A model generated the notes under the pieces. It was given only the letters and a program-made list of their open reading frames with translations, did not search any database and had not been told where the DNA came from. From Sphagnum compactum (Eukaryota): DNA of 64,000 nt. Below are positions 13,806 through 27,300 of the stretch, piece after piece. The position numbers and the translations under genes were made by a program. Location of the stretch: positions 1,674,001-1,738,000 of the forward strand of contig OZ234493.1 of assembly GCA_965153455.1 (NCBI GenBank), written 5' to 3'. The number at the start of each line of letters is the position of its first letter. The stretch's first letter is position 1.

Positions 13806-14655
13806 ATCATCAGCATGACAGTCTGTGTGTGTCTTGAGGCGGGGCATTTTTTTAATTAATTACTTAATTATATTACATTATATTATATTATTGAGGGTTT
13901 TTTTGTTTTGGGGGGGGGGGGGGGGTTTCAGGGTGGGTCTTTTAGGTCAAAAAAGTAAGCTCTGGGTTTAATGTGTAAGGCAATGTCCGGGTACATGACC
14001 AGACGGAATGGCCTACCATGAGGGGCATCATCATAGGCCATTAAAAACTTCATTAATTCATTCAATTAAATTTGTAGAAAATTGAAGAACCTTAGGAACA
14101 TATCCTATACGTCGGAATAGGATAGGTATTCATATCCGAGATTTCATGACAAGTTATCACCGGTTATTGTTGCCGGATCTTGCCTTGGAACGGAAGAACC
14201 GAAATAAACCATCCCTTAGGTGTCGGGAAATTATTATTGCGGTTTTGAACATGCCCTCGAAATTTTCCCATTTACCCTTTACGGGTTAAAAATTTGATAT
14301 CTGATTAATAAATTTTTTTCAAAAAAATTATCCCGGTCATTGAGAAAGAGGGTGAGGGTAGCATCGGAGTAAAGGCTGGTGTACCAAGGCCCGTACCTTA
14401 CATATAAGGACCGTATCTAGGGATACATAACAAAGGAAGGACTGACCTTTTGAAAGGATCGACCTTTCCCTTGGATTTATAATATTTTGTGTTTTGTTTT
14501 GGGCCCTTGTCAAACTCGCATTATTCTCGTGGTGCTCTAATAAATGAATCATGGTAACGGCGGCTTTATGAATGCATCAAACCCTAAGCTTCCCTAAGCT
14601 TTGGGTGTTGACCACTCGACTTGATGTAGATACGATTTTGGACGTCATTTTTGGT

Positions 14656-14815
14656 GCAAACAAGATTGTAAGTTTGAAGTCAAATAAGACAGTGTGTAAT
14701 TTTCTTAAACAAGATTGGACATTGGAGTCAAAAAAGACATGTGTAATTTCCTAAACAAGTTTGGACATTGGAGTCAAAAAAGACGTGTTTTCCTAAACAA
14801 GATTGTAAGTTGGAT
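14656..14815. repeat. Short tandem repeat (~45-bp unit)
   Basis: Recurrent taaacaag(a/t)ttggacattggagtcaaaaaagac / aaacaagattgtaagtt. Confidence 0.75.
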
Positions 14816-17527
14816 TGATATAACACCTTAAAATCATCGTATTTTTTATTATCAAACTTACATTTGAAACTTACAATACTCATTGTAAGTAAGTGGTACT
14901 TTGTTTGTTGCAAGGTGGGTATGAGTTAAAGATGAACATACACACATAGCGACCGGGGTTGGATGGTTTGCATTTTGATTCTCAACCCGTTTTTGTTAGA
15001 AACTATATAAAACTATTATGGTACCCATTGGCACACCTCATGTCGAGTGCCTACAATAATTCCAATACCCACCCATTCCTCATGCCTTGAGATCTTGGAA
15101 GATAAATAATAGGTGTATGTTTTCCTTGGTTGTTCAAGGTTCAACAACCATGAACAAAGTTGCTTATCAATTAAACAAATTGGTTTGGTGGCATATAGAG
15201 AGAAGCCCATTGGCCTTTCGTGGTTGTTTTGATTATGTCTAACGTTGTGTTCTTGTTACAAAATATAATCACAATTTATAATTTAATTTTTTCATTGATT
15301 GGGTCATACAATGTATAACAAACATTGTAACATAATAATAAGTTGAAGTTTTAATTGCTTTTTTTGGGGGGGTGAATTCATTGTAGGTTTATCACAACAA
15401 TTTCATGAGCATATTTCACCATCTATGTATCATTATTCATCATTTCAATCAACATTTTTTCACTTTACGGGGAAAAAGAATTTTAAAAAAAAGAAGGAAA
15501 AGGGTTTAAGGTTTAGGGCGTAGTTGGAACATCCATTCGCATAATGAGGCTAAGAATTGGCGTATTGTGCTAGGCATGGCTATATGTTGCACGGAATCGT
15601 CAACCTTATCACTTATCTTTGGTGTTCAGAAATCCAGATAAGATACCATAATGAAAAAAGCACACGGAATATGTCTTCTTGTACAATGATAATATTAAAA
15701 GACACATAGTTCTGCCCATTTTCCAAAATGCCCGGTCCTTTATTATCTAAGGGCCTTACTTAGTTAGCATCACGGCCAAGGTTTCTTATACACCGAAAAG
15801 AAACTCCTCCAATTTTGTTAGTATACTTAGAGGGTTCATTAATCGGCGTAACTCGAGTTACATCCATAAAGAGTGGTGGGATTTTTTTATTTTTTAAAAT
15901 TCATCTTCCCTCCCTTTTTCTTTTTTTCGCTCCATGATATCTAGCAAGTACCCTCTAGATATCACTAAAATAATTTTAATTTCTTAATTTTTGGGGCAAT
16001 ATTTATCACATTTAAATTTTATTAATTTTTTCCCTCCCTCACCCAACAAATAGTAAATATTGGAATATATATATAGGTGAAATATTTTAAATGTCACACA
16101 TGAACCAAACATTGTGGTTGGCCAAGAAATGAAACTAAATTCAATAATTGTCGTTCAGCTAAGAATTTGTATCTATTGTTGCCCATAACATGCATTTTGA
16201 TGGGGCAAAGAAAGAAAAGAAAATTCTTGCCTATCAAATGAAAAGCACTTCTAAAAAAAAAATGTTGTCACCGTGAAAAGCACCCCCCCCAAAAAAAAAA
16301 GCTTTTCTCATGAAAGGCAAGAAAAAAAAAATTGCTATCACATGAAATTGCAATGTACATAAATTTGGCAAGAAAGCTACAATATATGCACAATAGGAAA
16401 AGAGAATTGGCTCAAGGAAGCATTCAATAACACATCTTTGGACATCCTATAAATAAAATGAGAAAATTTTTATGCATCATGAAATTGCGAGATGCAAACT
16501 TTTAATTATTTTGCATGTAGTGATAAAATGTTTTGATTCAATTCAACAAACTCAACCAATTAATTAAAATTGACATGGTTGACATTTTTATCATTGGTTG
16601 GTGCCTTTGTCAAACATCCATTTTCACTACTAAAGAAAAAAATTTAAAATCCAAATAAATTTTGCACATGGCACTAAGTAAGACCTTTCACCCTTTCATC
16701 ATCATTATTATTATTTTAAAAGGTTTTTTAAGATGGTACAAATGAGATTATAATATGGTTAAGGGAACTAAAATTGTTCCTTACAATATTAAAACATACA
16801 TATGTATTTACATTGTTACAAATGAATCTAAACAATTTTAATTTTGCATATGTTGTGATCCATAATAGCAAATCTGAATCATCAATCTCTCTTTTTTTTC
16901 GCTTATGAAATTTTTATTTTAATTTTAAAAATCTCGTGATGGTGTGTTAACATTGGACAAATACAACAATGATGGATATGTATTTGTTTGTGAAAAGATA
17001 AAGATTTGTCTCTTGAAGAAGCTCTACATTTTGTAGTGCTTTTTATTAAAATCATTTTTGAATTCAATTCTTGTGATTTTTATTTATTTTTTATATTAAG
17101 AACTGTCAAGTTTCAAGATAGAACTCCGAGTTCTTTGTTGGTTTTTTTTCTTTTTTTAAATCAGTTTTTTACCTTTATTTTTTACTTTTTATTTTTTTGC
17201 ATCAGAGCTAGGGCTGGGTCTTTCAAATTTTTGCCTCCATGGATTATATATATACCCCTTATATACCCGGCCTTACATCGGACGGAGGTTTGGCCCGGAA
17301 TCAAAGAACCGCCCAACTCTCGTATAAACCCTAAACCCCCTGGTCAGCCCCCTAAAGGAAAAATAATGTGAAACCAACCGTAGGGCTAAAGTTTGCAAAA
17401 ATAATTTGACTTTTGAACGGAAGATGGTTTCAAGTTTTGCTGACTTTGAACCCAAGACCCACCCAAAGTTTTCAAGGTCCTAGTTTTGCACCAATTCATT
17501 GTCCGTTACGTCAACACTTTGTCACCG

Positions 17528-17547
17528 CCCTAAACCCTAAACCCTAA
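17528..17547 (+). repeat. Short interstitial plant telomere motif (CCCTAAA) x~3
   Basis: ccctaaaccctaaaccctaa. A degenerate TTTAGGG-like tract also lies at about 57035-57090. Confidence 0.7.
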
Positions 17548-18383
17548 TGGTGGAACCGGATTTTTTTTTTTGTTTTTTTTTTCAGGGGGGGGGGGGGGGG
17601 GGAGAAGGGGAGGGTGTAGTTGCTTCTAAACATTAGAAATTCCTGTTCTAAAACCAAACCAGGAATTGCAAGTCTAAATACAAACATCACTTGGGTTAAA
17701 TATAGCCACCTTTACTCAAGAATTTGAGGTTATTAGGTTACCCGTGTGGTTACGTACCTTACCTTTCATCTTAGGCATCTTGTGTGGTTTGTTTTCATGA
17801 AATCCAAAGGGCATTATTCTTTTTCCACCAATGGATGATTTTCTCCTCTTCTGGAGTACATGGAATTATATATTGTTGGCTTATTTTTTGCTTATTTTTT
17901 GTTTTTCTTTTGTTCCGGATCGTTGCCGAAGTTGATGACCATATTTCATTCACACACACCCACCCACAACAAAAAGGAGCAAAATGACACCTGATACCTA
18001 AGCCACACGGACTGGGATGTCCGTCCGTCCTCTAGTTGCTATAAAGCACACGACAAATAAACTCCAATCTGGCCACTTGCACAGGCAAAGGGTATATTAT
18101 ATGATCTATTAGCGGAAGTTGCATGCGGAAGTTGCATGCTTCATTGGTTTGTTTGTTTCTTTGACGTCGTAATTTTTTCTCTTTGCACGAAATGTGATTT
18201 TGGCATACTCTCGAGCGGAGCCGGCCAACCTGATCTTCAGCATGTCAACCCTTCCTTCGATGCAAAAAAAAATTATAAAGTCGTCTTAGACTGGTTGGTT
18301 CTTACCAAGACCGAGACCCCAATACCCCTAATACCCCAATACCCCTAATGACTCAATGGTCAACGAGGCCGGGGACAATTTGA

Positions 18384-18551
18384 CCCAACAAAAATTGGCC
18401 GCAAATGGGCGGAGTGAGTGAGGGAGTGAGTAGTAATAAGTTTATTGAATCTCCATGTGGGCAACCCAACAAAAATTGGCCAAAAATGGGCGTTCGATCG
18501 AGGGAGTGAGTGAGTGAGTAGTAATCGGTTTATTGAATCTCCATGTGGGCG
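18384..18551. repeat. Tandem duplication (~81 bp x2)
   Basis: cccaacaaaaattggcc..aaatgggcg...gagtgagtagtaat..gtttattgaatctccatgtgggc occurs twice. Confidence 0.85.
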
Positions 18552-20425
18552 GCGGCCAGAGTGAACCAAGCACCGACCTTACCCCATAGCTAACCACGAT
18601 GGTTGGTTAGCTATGTACCAACCATCCATGCAACTACCTAGCTAGTAGGCACCAACCAATTGCCTTAACCTACTTACCGACCTTCATAGTAATCCCTTAC
18701 ATTCTTACCTAGTTGCCTATGTTAACCCACTTACATAGTTACCTAGGTAGGTAGTGTGAGAAGGACGTAGGAGGGTTTAGACCAAAGGTTAAACAAAGTG
18801 GATCCTAGGTTAACCAAAGTGGAACCATCGCAACTCAGTTGTGGTTCATCCATAACTAGGGGTTCACGGTGAACCCACATAATCCCATAATGCACCTGAA
18901 CTAACTTTGTTAAGTATGTTTTAAATCCCATAATGCACTTTTAAATTTCTGCCTTTGTTATTTGACCAACCATTCCGATGCAGAATGGCCTTATACTCTA
19001 TACCCTAACTTTCGATAATCTACGGTGCAAATGTTTCCAAAAGCAAGATCTTGTCTCAAATCGAAGACTTGAGCCTAAAAACAAACTACTTTCCGCAAAA
19101 CTCCCCTTGACCCATAGTCTGGGTTAATCAAACAGAATGACCCAGGTCCAGCTCGCATTGTGTCTACTAGGGATTATTCCAGACCGTAGCTCGTATCTCC
19201 ACTTATTTATTCATGGTAGTTTTATTTAATCCGCTTGGGTAAAACTACCCATTACCGAACACGTACCTATCATTGAACACTTTCCAATATTTTTTTCTCA
19301 ATTTCTTAACCAAATTGAGCAATTCTTGTTCCGTTGGACACCCACACTCAAGAGCTACAAATGTTCTTTGAACTCCACGACCAATAGACCACCATCCATC
19401 CAACCGGTGTAGGAAAAGCCGGACAAAGGTTAATAAGAATAAGACCCCAAACCGGTTAGGATAGCAGAGTTGGTGGGGGTCCCCAAGGAGGAACAACGGT
19501 CAAGAAGATCACTTGTGTGGATTTGTTTGAGCACGTTTGGGATTTGTTATTATCCGACAGTTTGCAAAATAATGGGCCTAGCCGCTTTACATATACTTGC
19601 AAATTGAAGCGAGAGCTTGGAATTGGAGTGTGACGACTACACTCGTGTTTCGGAAAACACCACAAGCCCATGCAAAAAAAATAAAAAATAAATCGTTCAT
19701 GTACGACTCTTCAAGTAGTCGTCGTTGACCTAAATTCTAAGGGTCCAACCACAAATTGTTAAACACCCCTCCGGCCCCCTCTCCCACCCCCAATCAAACT
19801 TTGCGGTCGGTCGGTCGTCATGTTATCTTTTCCATTTGGAAATGTAGATGCCATTACTCCAAAGGGGTGGGGAGCTTCATCCACTTGCCGTTTGAAATTT
19901 CATCCACTTACCTCCCCATAGGGTTAAGGCCCCACTACTGTCAGGACATTACGCCCGGAACCTCGGGCTCTGCCTCGACTCCCAGGGCGTAATGCCCTGA
20001 CTCGGGTCCTTACCCTACACTTCCATACTAGGGATAGGTGTACCGGCCTCAGACCCTAAACCTCGGTTTCACACCCACTAACTAAGTGGGATAATGGGTA
20101 ACCATGATTAGCGGAAACTCATCATCCAGGATAAGTTAGCCAATGTGGTGGTGCGGTCACGTGCCCGGCGCGAAAAGCTGAGATTTGATTGGGCAGCTGT
20201 GCCAGGAAATTTGGTTGCCCCTGTCATGGCAACAAAAAGTATGTTTGGCCCTTTTTGGCACTTTACAGGTGGGCCTTCCTTTTCTTTAATTTTATTTTTT
20301 AATAATTTTTTTAATCAATTCCAATTTACGTAGGCCTAACTATATTTACGATCCTGGTATTTTTTTTGTATTTACACTTACCCGGCTGATATATTAAAAT
20401 ATACCCACCCCACACCAGTCTAAAC

Positions 20426-20692
20426 CAGTGTTGCACAGAACCATCACAGTCTTTGCGTACTTCAATATCCTTAAAGAACCGACGGTTTTCATCGAAGAAG
20501 AACCGACGACAACGAGTCGGCAAATTTATGGCCGGTTACTTGATATTTTTCAGCGATTCTTTTGGAGAACCGTGGTTATTATTACCAGAACTGCGTCCGT
20601 GGTTCGTTTGAGAACCGGGGTTCTGACTCTTCAGAACCGCCCTGATAACCTTAAGGGGTCCGTTCCCCGTTTCTAATAACCGCCTAACATGG
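20426..20692. mobile_element. hAT-like MITE
   Basis: Begins CAGTGTTG and ends ccgcctaacatgg (degenerate TIR). It has many internal GAACCG/CGGTT motifs, and near-identical 8-bp flanks gtctaaac / gtctggac. Confidence 0.5.
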
Positions 20693-21027
20693 GTCTGGAC
20701 ATTGAGAATGCGCATTCCCTAACAAATTATGACCATTCCCTCTGCGGTGACGAATTCATCCAATAATATACATGAATTCATCCAATATGATACAATTTGA
20801 TGCATCCGTCAAATTGTTTGTGCAACCTTTTATGAACTTCTTTGGGCCACTAGAGTTTATCCATAAAACTTGGGGTGAAATCAAAAGTCAGGATGAAAAC
20901 TATAGAGAGAGGGGGGGGGAAAAAAAAGAGGGAATCAAACTCCTCACAGGAGTTTCACCCTGAGTTTTGTGATTTGTCTTAACTTGGCCTTCACTGCTCC
21001 TAATTTTCTTCACCAAACCAAGTCTTA

Positions 21028-21057
21028 CTAGTTTGAACCCCGTGCCTAATGCACAGG
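21028..21057 (-). mobile_element. Helitron-type 3' terminus
   Basis: Minus strand reads CCTGTGC-ATTAG-GCACGGG (hairpin), then GTTCAAA, then CTAG followed by T. This is the canonical Helitron 3' hairpin plus CTRR|T. The 5' end was not located with confidence. Confidence 0.6.
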
Positions 21058-23270
21058 TGTGTTATTTCAACAATGTTTGGTTCATGTTTTAGTTTTTTTT
21101 TTTAACTTTTATCTTTTTTTTCTTTTTTTTAATGTGTTTTCTGTTTTTATTATTATTTTTTATAATAAAAATAAAGTGTTTCTTTTTCACTTTTGTATTT
21201 TTGTTTATTTGGATGCAAGTTTGAAGTTTGGAGAAAGAAGACACACCCCCATTCTTTTTCAAGTAGGGTTTTTCTTCATTATTATAAGTTTTATTTTTTC
21301 TTATTTTCTACTCTTTATTTGGTTTCTTCTTTTTTGTAATTTTTTTCTTTTAAAATGATTTTACTGTATTTCCCTTTCCTTGTTTCATTTGTTCCCATTC
21401 CTTTTTTATAGTATTTGTGTTTTTACCTAGTAGGTAATAAGAATACAAATCTTTCAGATCCTGTGAATTGATACACCATTTTTATTAAACACGCCCAGTT
21501 TCACCCACAATTTGGTGTGGCTACATGCAAATTCAGGATGAACCAGGGATTAGAGGGTCAAACTAAGGCCGAAAGACAAGGTAACTTCACGAATCCTTAT
21601 TATATGGGTTATGACACACACATTGAAGGGAAGCATGAAATTCATGGCTTAGGGCAAACCAATCTGACCCTAACCCTGATTCACATTGATGCAATTAGGG
21701 TTGTGGCGCACAATTAGGGTTGTTTTTTGGGCACATTGATTGGGCTTCACATGGGTGGGGTGCTCATTCTCCCAAGAGCAAGGAGCTTGCTCATCTCCAT
21801 TTGCGTGTATGTTTTTATGTGTGTGAGTTTCTTAATTTTAAGCATGTTGAATGTCAATCTAGTAACACATGACATCAAGGTCAAGTTCGTCTTGTTGCTT
21901 TGCATCTTTTTTTTTGATCTTTGAAATCAACCTAAGCCCAACCCGATTTCAAAGTAAACACCAATGTGGTCCTAGGGTTAGAGTGTGAACCAACACTCAC
22001 GAATGGACCAATAGTTGATGGATGGTGGGTGCAAGACAAATGATAGACGATCCCCTTCAACTATGGTGTGATTAGCACATGAAAGCCTAATCGAAATTTT
22101 GTGCTTAGTATCTTCTAGACCCATATTAAGCATAGGATAAAACCCTAAGCTACTTCACCCATCATAAAGCACAAGGCAAGTGTTATCATGAACCTAATCA
22201 TGCATAGATAATGAAGTATAGGAAGGGGAGGAGGGTTCTTAGGTTTTACACCTACTTTTTAAGCATGAAAAGGATCTTACGCCTATGAGTAGGTACACAT
22301 AAGTTCCCTCCCCAATCAAAAGAAAAAGATGTAAAATCTCTCCTCTTCTCTCCGAGGGACATTCCCAAAGACAAGGTGCACTCCAAATACACTAGGAAAT
22401 TTCTCCATGTCCATAGAGTAGAATTCCTTTTAGTCATTGGGCATTGAGACAATAGCATAATAGCGCCAAAGGATTGGAGCATGTACCAAATTTTGTTTAT
22501 ATTCCTTTCTTTTGTTTCTCTTCCTTGTCTTGCAGTGAAACTAAAGATGGAATGAATCTTTTGATACTAAAGTGAAACCAAGGCATAGTCATTTGTGAAG
22601 TACCTGGAATTGGGGACCAAATAAAAGATGAGAATTTAATATAAACATGAAAAAACTCAGAGATTAGATTTGGTTTTTCTCACCTTGAAATTGGCCCTTA
22701 CAAGAGTTCTAAGCTTTGTATTACTTGCATCTTCACTGCTACTTATGTTCTTCATTAAATCACATCTTGTAAAAATCAAATCTCTTAAATTTTGTGAAGT
22801 GATGATACCCAGTTTCATTAAATGTTTGCTTGATTTCATGCACTTTCTAGTTTCACTTCAATTGGGGGATGAAAAAACATGAATTTCAGAGTCAAAGTAG
22901 GTCCCAAAGACAAGGTGACTTTATGAATATGATTAGAGAAATTTGATCAAAATGCAAAAACAATATCTTTGTGCTTTGCCCTTCAATTTGAAGTTCCTCA
23001 GACAATCAATCCCCTTCAAAAACCCAACATCTTCTTCTCATCTTGTTACCTTTCCTGGGTTTTCCATTCCCCTTTGGAAAATCTCAATACACAATGTGGT
23101 TCCTTCTTCGAATTCAAGATTCTTCAAATTTTGTTTCGTGGCATCTTTATTTTTATTTTCTTGGAGTGGACTAGGTTACCAAAGAGACCTGAGGACTATT
23201 CATGGTAATCTGCATGCTCAAGCGGGTTATCAACCAATTGTAAAGGAGCATCATCATGATGCTTACGAGT

Positions 23271-23417
23271 TATGGGACATAGAAGAATGTGAGTTATGAG
23301 GTTCAGCCAACGAATGACCTATGGGACATAGAAGAATGTGAGTTATGAGGTTCAGCCAACCAATGACCTATGGGACATAGAAGAATGTGAGTTATGAGGT
23401 TCAGCCAACCAATGACC
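23271..23417. repeat. Tandem repeat, 49-bp unit x3, near perfect
   Basis: tatgggacatagaagaatgtgagttatgaggttcagccaac(g/c)aatgacc at 23271, 23320 and 23369. Confidence 0.95.
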
Positions 23418-24137
23418 TGGGACGTGCGAAAAGTTACCACGGAGGTACAAAAGTTTCAAAAGGCAACAAAATATGTAACATAAACTTGGGTGAGCTCTTA
23501 CCCAATGACATTAGCAAGACGCTATTTACAATGGGTAATGGTGTTCTATTCAAGTAATGGGTAGTTTAGGTTGCTTCCTAGGTGGGATAGATGGTCATCT
23601 TCTCCTTCAACTTTTCACTCCATTAGTTCCACTTGCAATGTGAATCAATGGTGGGGAATATGGGTTACATGCACTATGGAACATGCCCTTGTAGAACCCA
23701 TAACCACCTGATGAAATAACATTTCATCCTATCGGGCTTGCCACATTCCTTGTAAAATGGACACCAACCATTGACAAGCAAGGACCATTAATGGCTAACT
23801 TTTATGAATATTAACATCCTTTTTAGCCATTAATAGTTGGTTAATGGTAGGATATTGTTGACCCCCACCCCCACCCCCCTCCTCCTCTGCAAACTTTGCA
23901 GGGGTCAATGTTGCCAATCTAATGACCTAACCCTAAGAGAGAGTTTCATTCCCATAGCTCTGAGAAAAGTCACTTTAGGGATGCTTGGAATATTATGTCT
24001 CCACCATTTCCAACCCTCCCTTTTTCAATTTTTTTACCCTCCATTTTTCCCTCTTTTTTTGGATTTCTTTTTTTTTTTAAAAATTAAAAGCGTCATCGGA
24101 ACCAACCAACCGGTCAACCAAAGTAAAGACTAAAGAC

Positions 24138-24388
24138 TAGTGTTGTTTGCATGGTGTTTTCTTTTTCTTTCAAAAGAAAAGATATCATATATATTAGGGT
24201 TGAGTATACGGAAAATATATGGACCCTTATTGGCACTTATCAAAATTAAATAATCAATCAAAGAATTTTACCCTAAATCATTGGTTATTCCATGAAACCA
24301 ATCCAGTTTTGGTTTTTTTTTTTAAATTTTAATTTTCAAGATCCAAAATTCAAGGTTATTAACAAAATCAGAGAACCACCCAACATTG
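24138..24388. mobile_element. hAT-like MITE, same CAGTGTTGGG-ended family
   Basis: tagtgttg ... gaaccacccaacattg ends. Both flanks contain taaagac-type sequence. Confidence 0.35.
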
Positions 24389-27300
24389 GTAAAAGACTAA
24401 AGACACTAAAAGAGGTTCTACTCCTTCTTTATATGCACACCATGTATGTATGTAGAGTGAAAGTGGACATACATAGATCATTGGCGATTCAATTTTTTTG
24501 TTCCTTTAAAACAAAATTAGGTTGGATTGGGTTGTCGAGGGTAGGTATAGGGATGGACTTTATGCCTACTTTTAGGCATAAGGTGCCTCCTACTCCTAAA
24601 TAATAGGTGTAACATAAGTTTCTCCTTTTTTTTAAGGAGTGTTCTTCATCAACATAAAGTGCCCTCCAAATACATTAGGTAATTTCTCCAAGCCCTTTAT
24701 ATGCACCTTGTAAGAAAGAGGGGAAGAAGGCAAAAAAAAAAAAAAAAAGATCTTTGTTTAATCGTTAATATTTGAACTCTAAAGATAAGAAGGCATCTTT
24801 TCGATGAAAATTTGTCTCCCTCACATAGCATCCAACTTTATAAATTAATGTTGTAGTGTCCCCTTCAAAAATAGACAAAATTTTACTTAAAAAGTTTTTA
24901 GACCCAAAACATATTCTTTCCTTTGTCGGGCCAAGCACCCTTATAGGGGAAGGGACTATCACTTCAAGAATATTTTTGCACTAATCAATGTTATTCACAC
25001 CATGTTGTTATATGGTGTGAATATGGTTATGTGTTCACATAAGTTTTGTAAGGTGGTTTTGTTTTAACATGATTCCCTAGTTCTTCACATTGATAGATTT
25101 TATGGGTTGGTGAGGTTTAGATTTTTTCTTAGTTGGAGGAGTCGTTGGTGATGGAATTGATTGTTTTATATTGATTTGCAATGAAATAGGTTGTTTTTGG
25201 TTGAGCGTTTAGGTATTCATTGCTTTTTGTGATCATTGGTTTTGGTGGTATTTGTTGGAGTGATGAAGGAGTTTTTCAAGTTTTCAATTTGGGCAAGCAA
25301 GAATGAGTGTTGAGGTATGTAGTTTCATTTATCTTTGTTTTTGTTTTTTGATTTACCTAGTTTGAAGCTAGAAGTTTTGTATTCTACCTTAAGCCTTTAC
25401 ACAATGATCCAAAATCAACCCATGTTTGTGAACTTCTCCTTTTAATATTGCAATACACAAGAACCTCATCTTTGTGTTTTTGAAGCAAATTTTGTTTTGT
25501 TTTTTGCTTGACAGTTTACAAGGGGTGGTATACTTTCCATCAATTTGTTTTTCTTTTGTTATTTTTTGATAATTACTTAATTATTTTTGTAAATAGAGGT
25601 CCAGCTCCCCTCCATTCGGTTTCAACCACATTTGTAGACATCAAGTCTCCATTATTCTTCAAAAGATGCAAGCTTTTATAATTTTAAGTAATAACAATGG
25701 GGATGAATACAGGTTGGCTTCCACGTTGTGACAAACCTTTGGATAATTATTAGAAAAAAGATCAAACTAGTGTTATACATGTATATGGTTTTTGATAATG
25801 TAATACCTTTTTAGGTTTGACACTTGGGTGCTAAATATATATTTTCCCCCAAATCCACTTTAGTAGTAGAAATAATAGTGTATGGATTTTTTGCATAAAC
25901 GTAGGGAGCTTCTTTGGTAGGTTTTTAAAATTATGAATCTTTAGCATAATAAGCCCATTTGCGACAATTTCTATTACTTTTCTTTGTGAAATTGGGGAGA
26001 CATAATGTTCCATCAAATTATAGGATAGAAAAATGTTGTCAATTACTGGATATGTTCTTCAATGGTGGGCTAGTTTGAAGTAAGATCTTGGGTTTCTAAC
26101 AATTTTTGTATTCCCCCCCCCCCCCCCTCCTTTGTAATTTCTTTAAAGTTCAACATTTTAAACAAATAATTTTTTACAAATTTGGCATTTATAGAAATAA
26201 TTTAACTATTGTTGAACCTAAAAAGGTATTATGGTATACACATTGGGTATGTGTAATTGTATAATTTTCATTTACATCCATGTAATGTATAATTTTGGAT
26301 GTGTAAGTGTAAAAAGCTGTAAATCTGTTTCATCTTTTGAAAAATAGGATAAATGTAAGTATAAATTTTTAAAAAAAACACTTATATAGTTTTACACACC
26401 ATGTAAAACCATATAAAACATTATAAGCAAATAAATTATCACAACACACAATAAATTATGCATTCCATATTTTTTCTTCTTTCTTTCAAAGGTTCAAGAC
26501 AATAAATGTGGAAGTGGAGTTGGTTCAACATAATAAAAAAAGGGAAAAAAAGGGAAGGGGGCAAATGTTAGGGATGAGGAAGAGGAGGGGGGTAGGTAAG
26601 AGAAAAGAAAGGATTAGGCATGGAGGAATGATATCTTGCAAAACTTTTTTCATTGTAATCTTGTGAGCTCCCAAATGTTGCTCCCCTTTGTCTAGAGGCT
26701 TTTTGTAAGTGCAATTCGAGGTGTTGTCATCTTACAACTCTTTGTGTTGTTGAAAGTTCCAACAACTTGTTTATTTGAATTGAAAGTTTCAATGACCTAT
26801 TTCATGTGAGTTTCTTATTCCTTACTCTTTTTATTATATTTGCACCTCTTTTTCTTGTGGTTGTCTTGCAACTCTTGTCATTTTGATTGTGCAAAGCGTA
26901 AAATAAGGTTTAAGATTTAAAGTGAGTTACCCTCTGTTGATTTTTTTCAATTACAAAATTTTGCAAGTTTAAATGATGACGTTGTGATCATGTTGCAACT
27001 CCTAGCATTGTTGCAAGCTTCATTAGCAACTTGTTTCAAATGAGCTCTCATTTGTCATCTTGCTTTATACAAAAAACCATGATCACCAATAAAAAACATG
27101 AAATGCAGTACCTTCATCTTTTTGCAAACTATCATCTCCAAGGATAGTGTGTAGTGCAATACCCTTATGAAGGGTATTGCACTACCATTTACACTTACAC
27201 ATTGATTTTATTTTCTTACATAGCATCATGTAAATATATTTTAAAAATATCTGCTTGCCCATTGTGGAAGTGTAATTGTCGAAAATATAGACAAATATGA

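Noticed and set aside
22657-23299. Overlapping ORFs that might be a gene fragment
   Set aside because: Multiple stops in each candidate frame and no recognisable homology.
23271-23417. 49-bp repeats as a CRISPR array
   Set aside because: Head-to-tail with no unique spacers.
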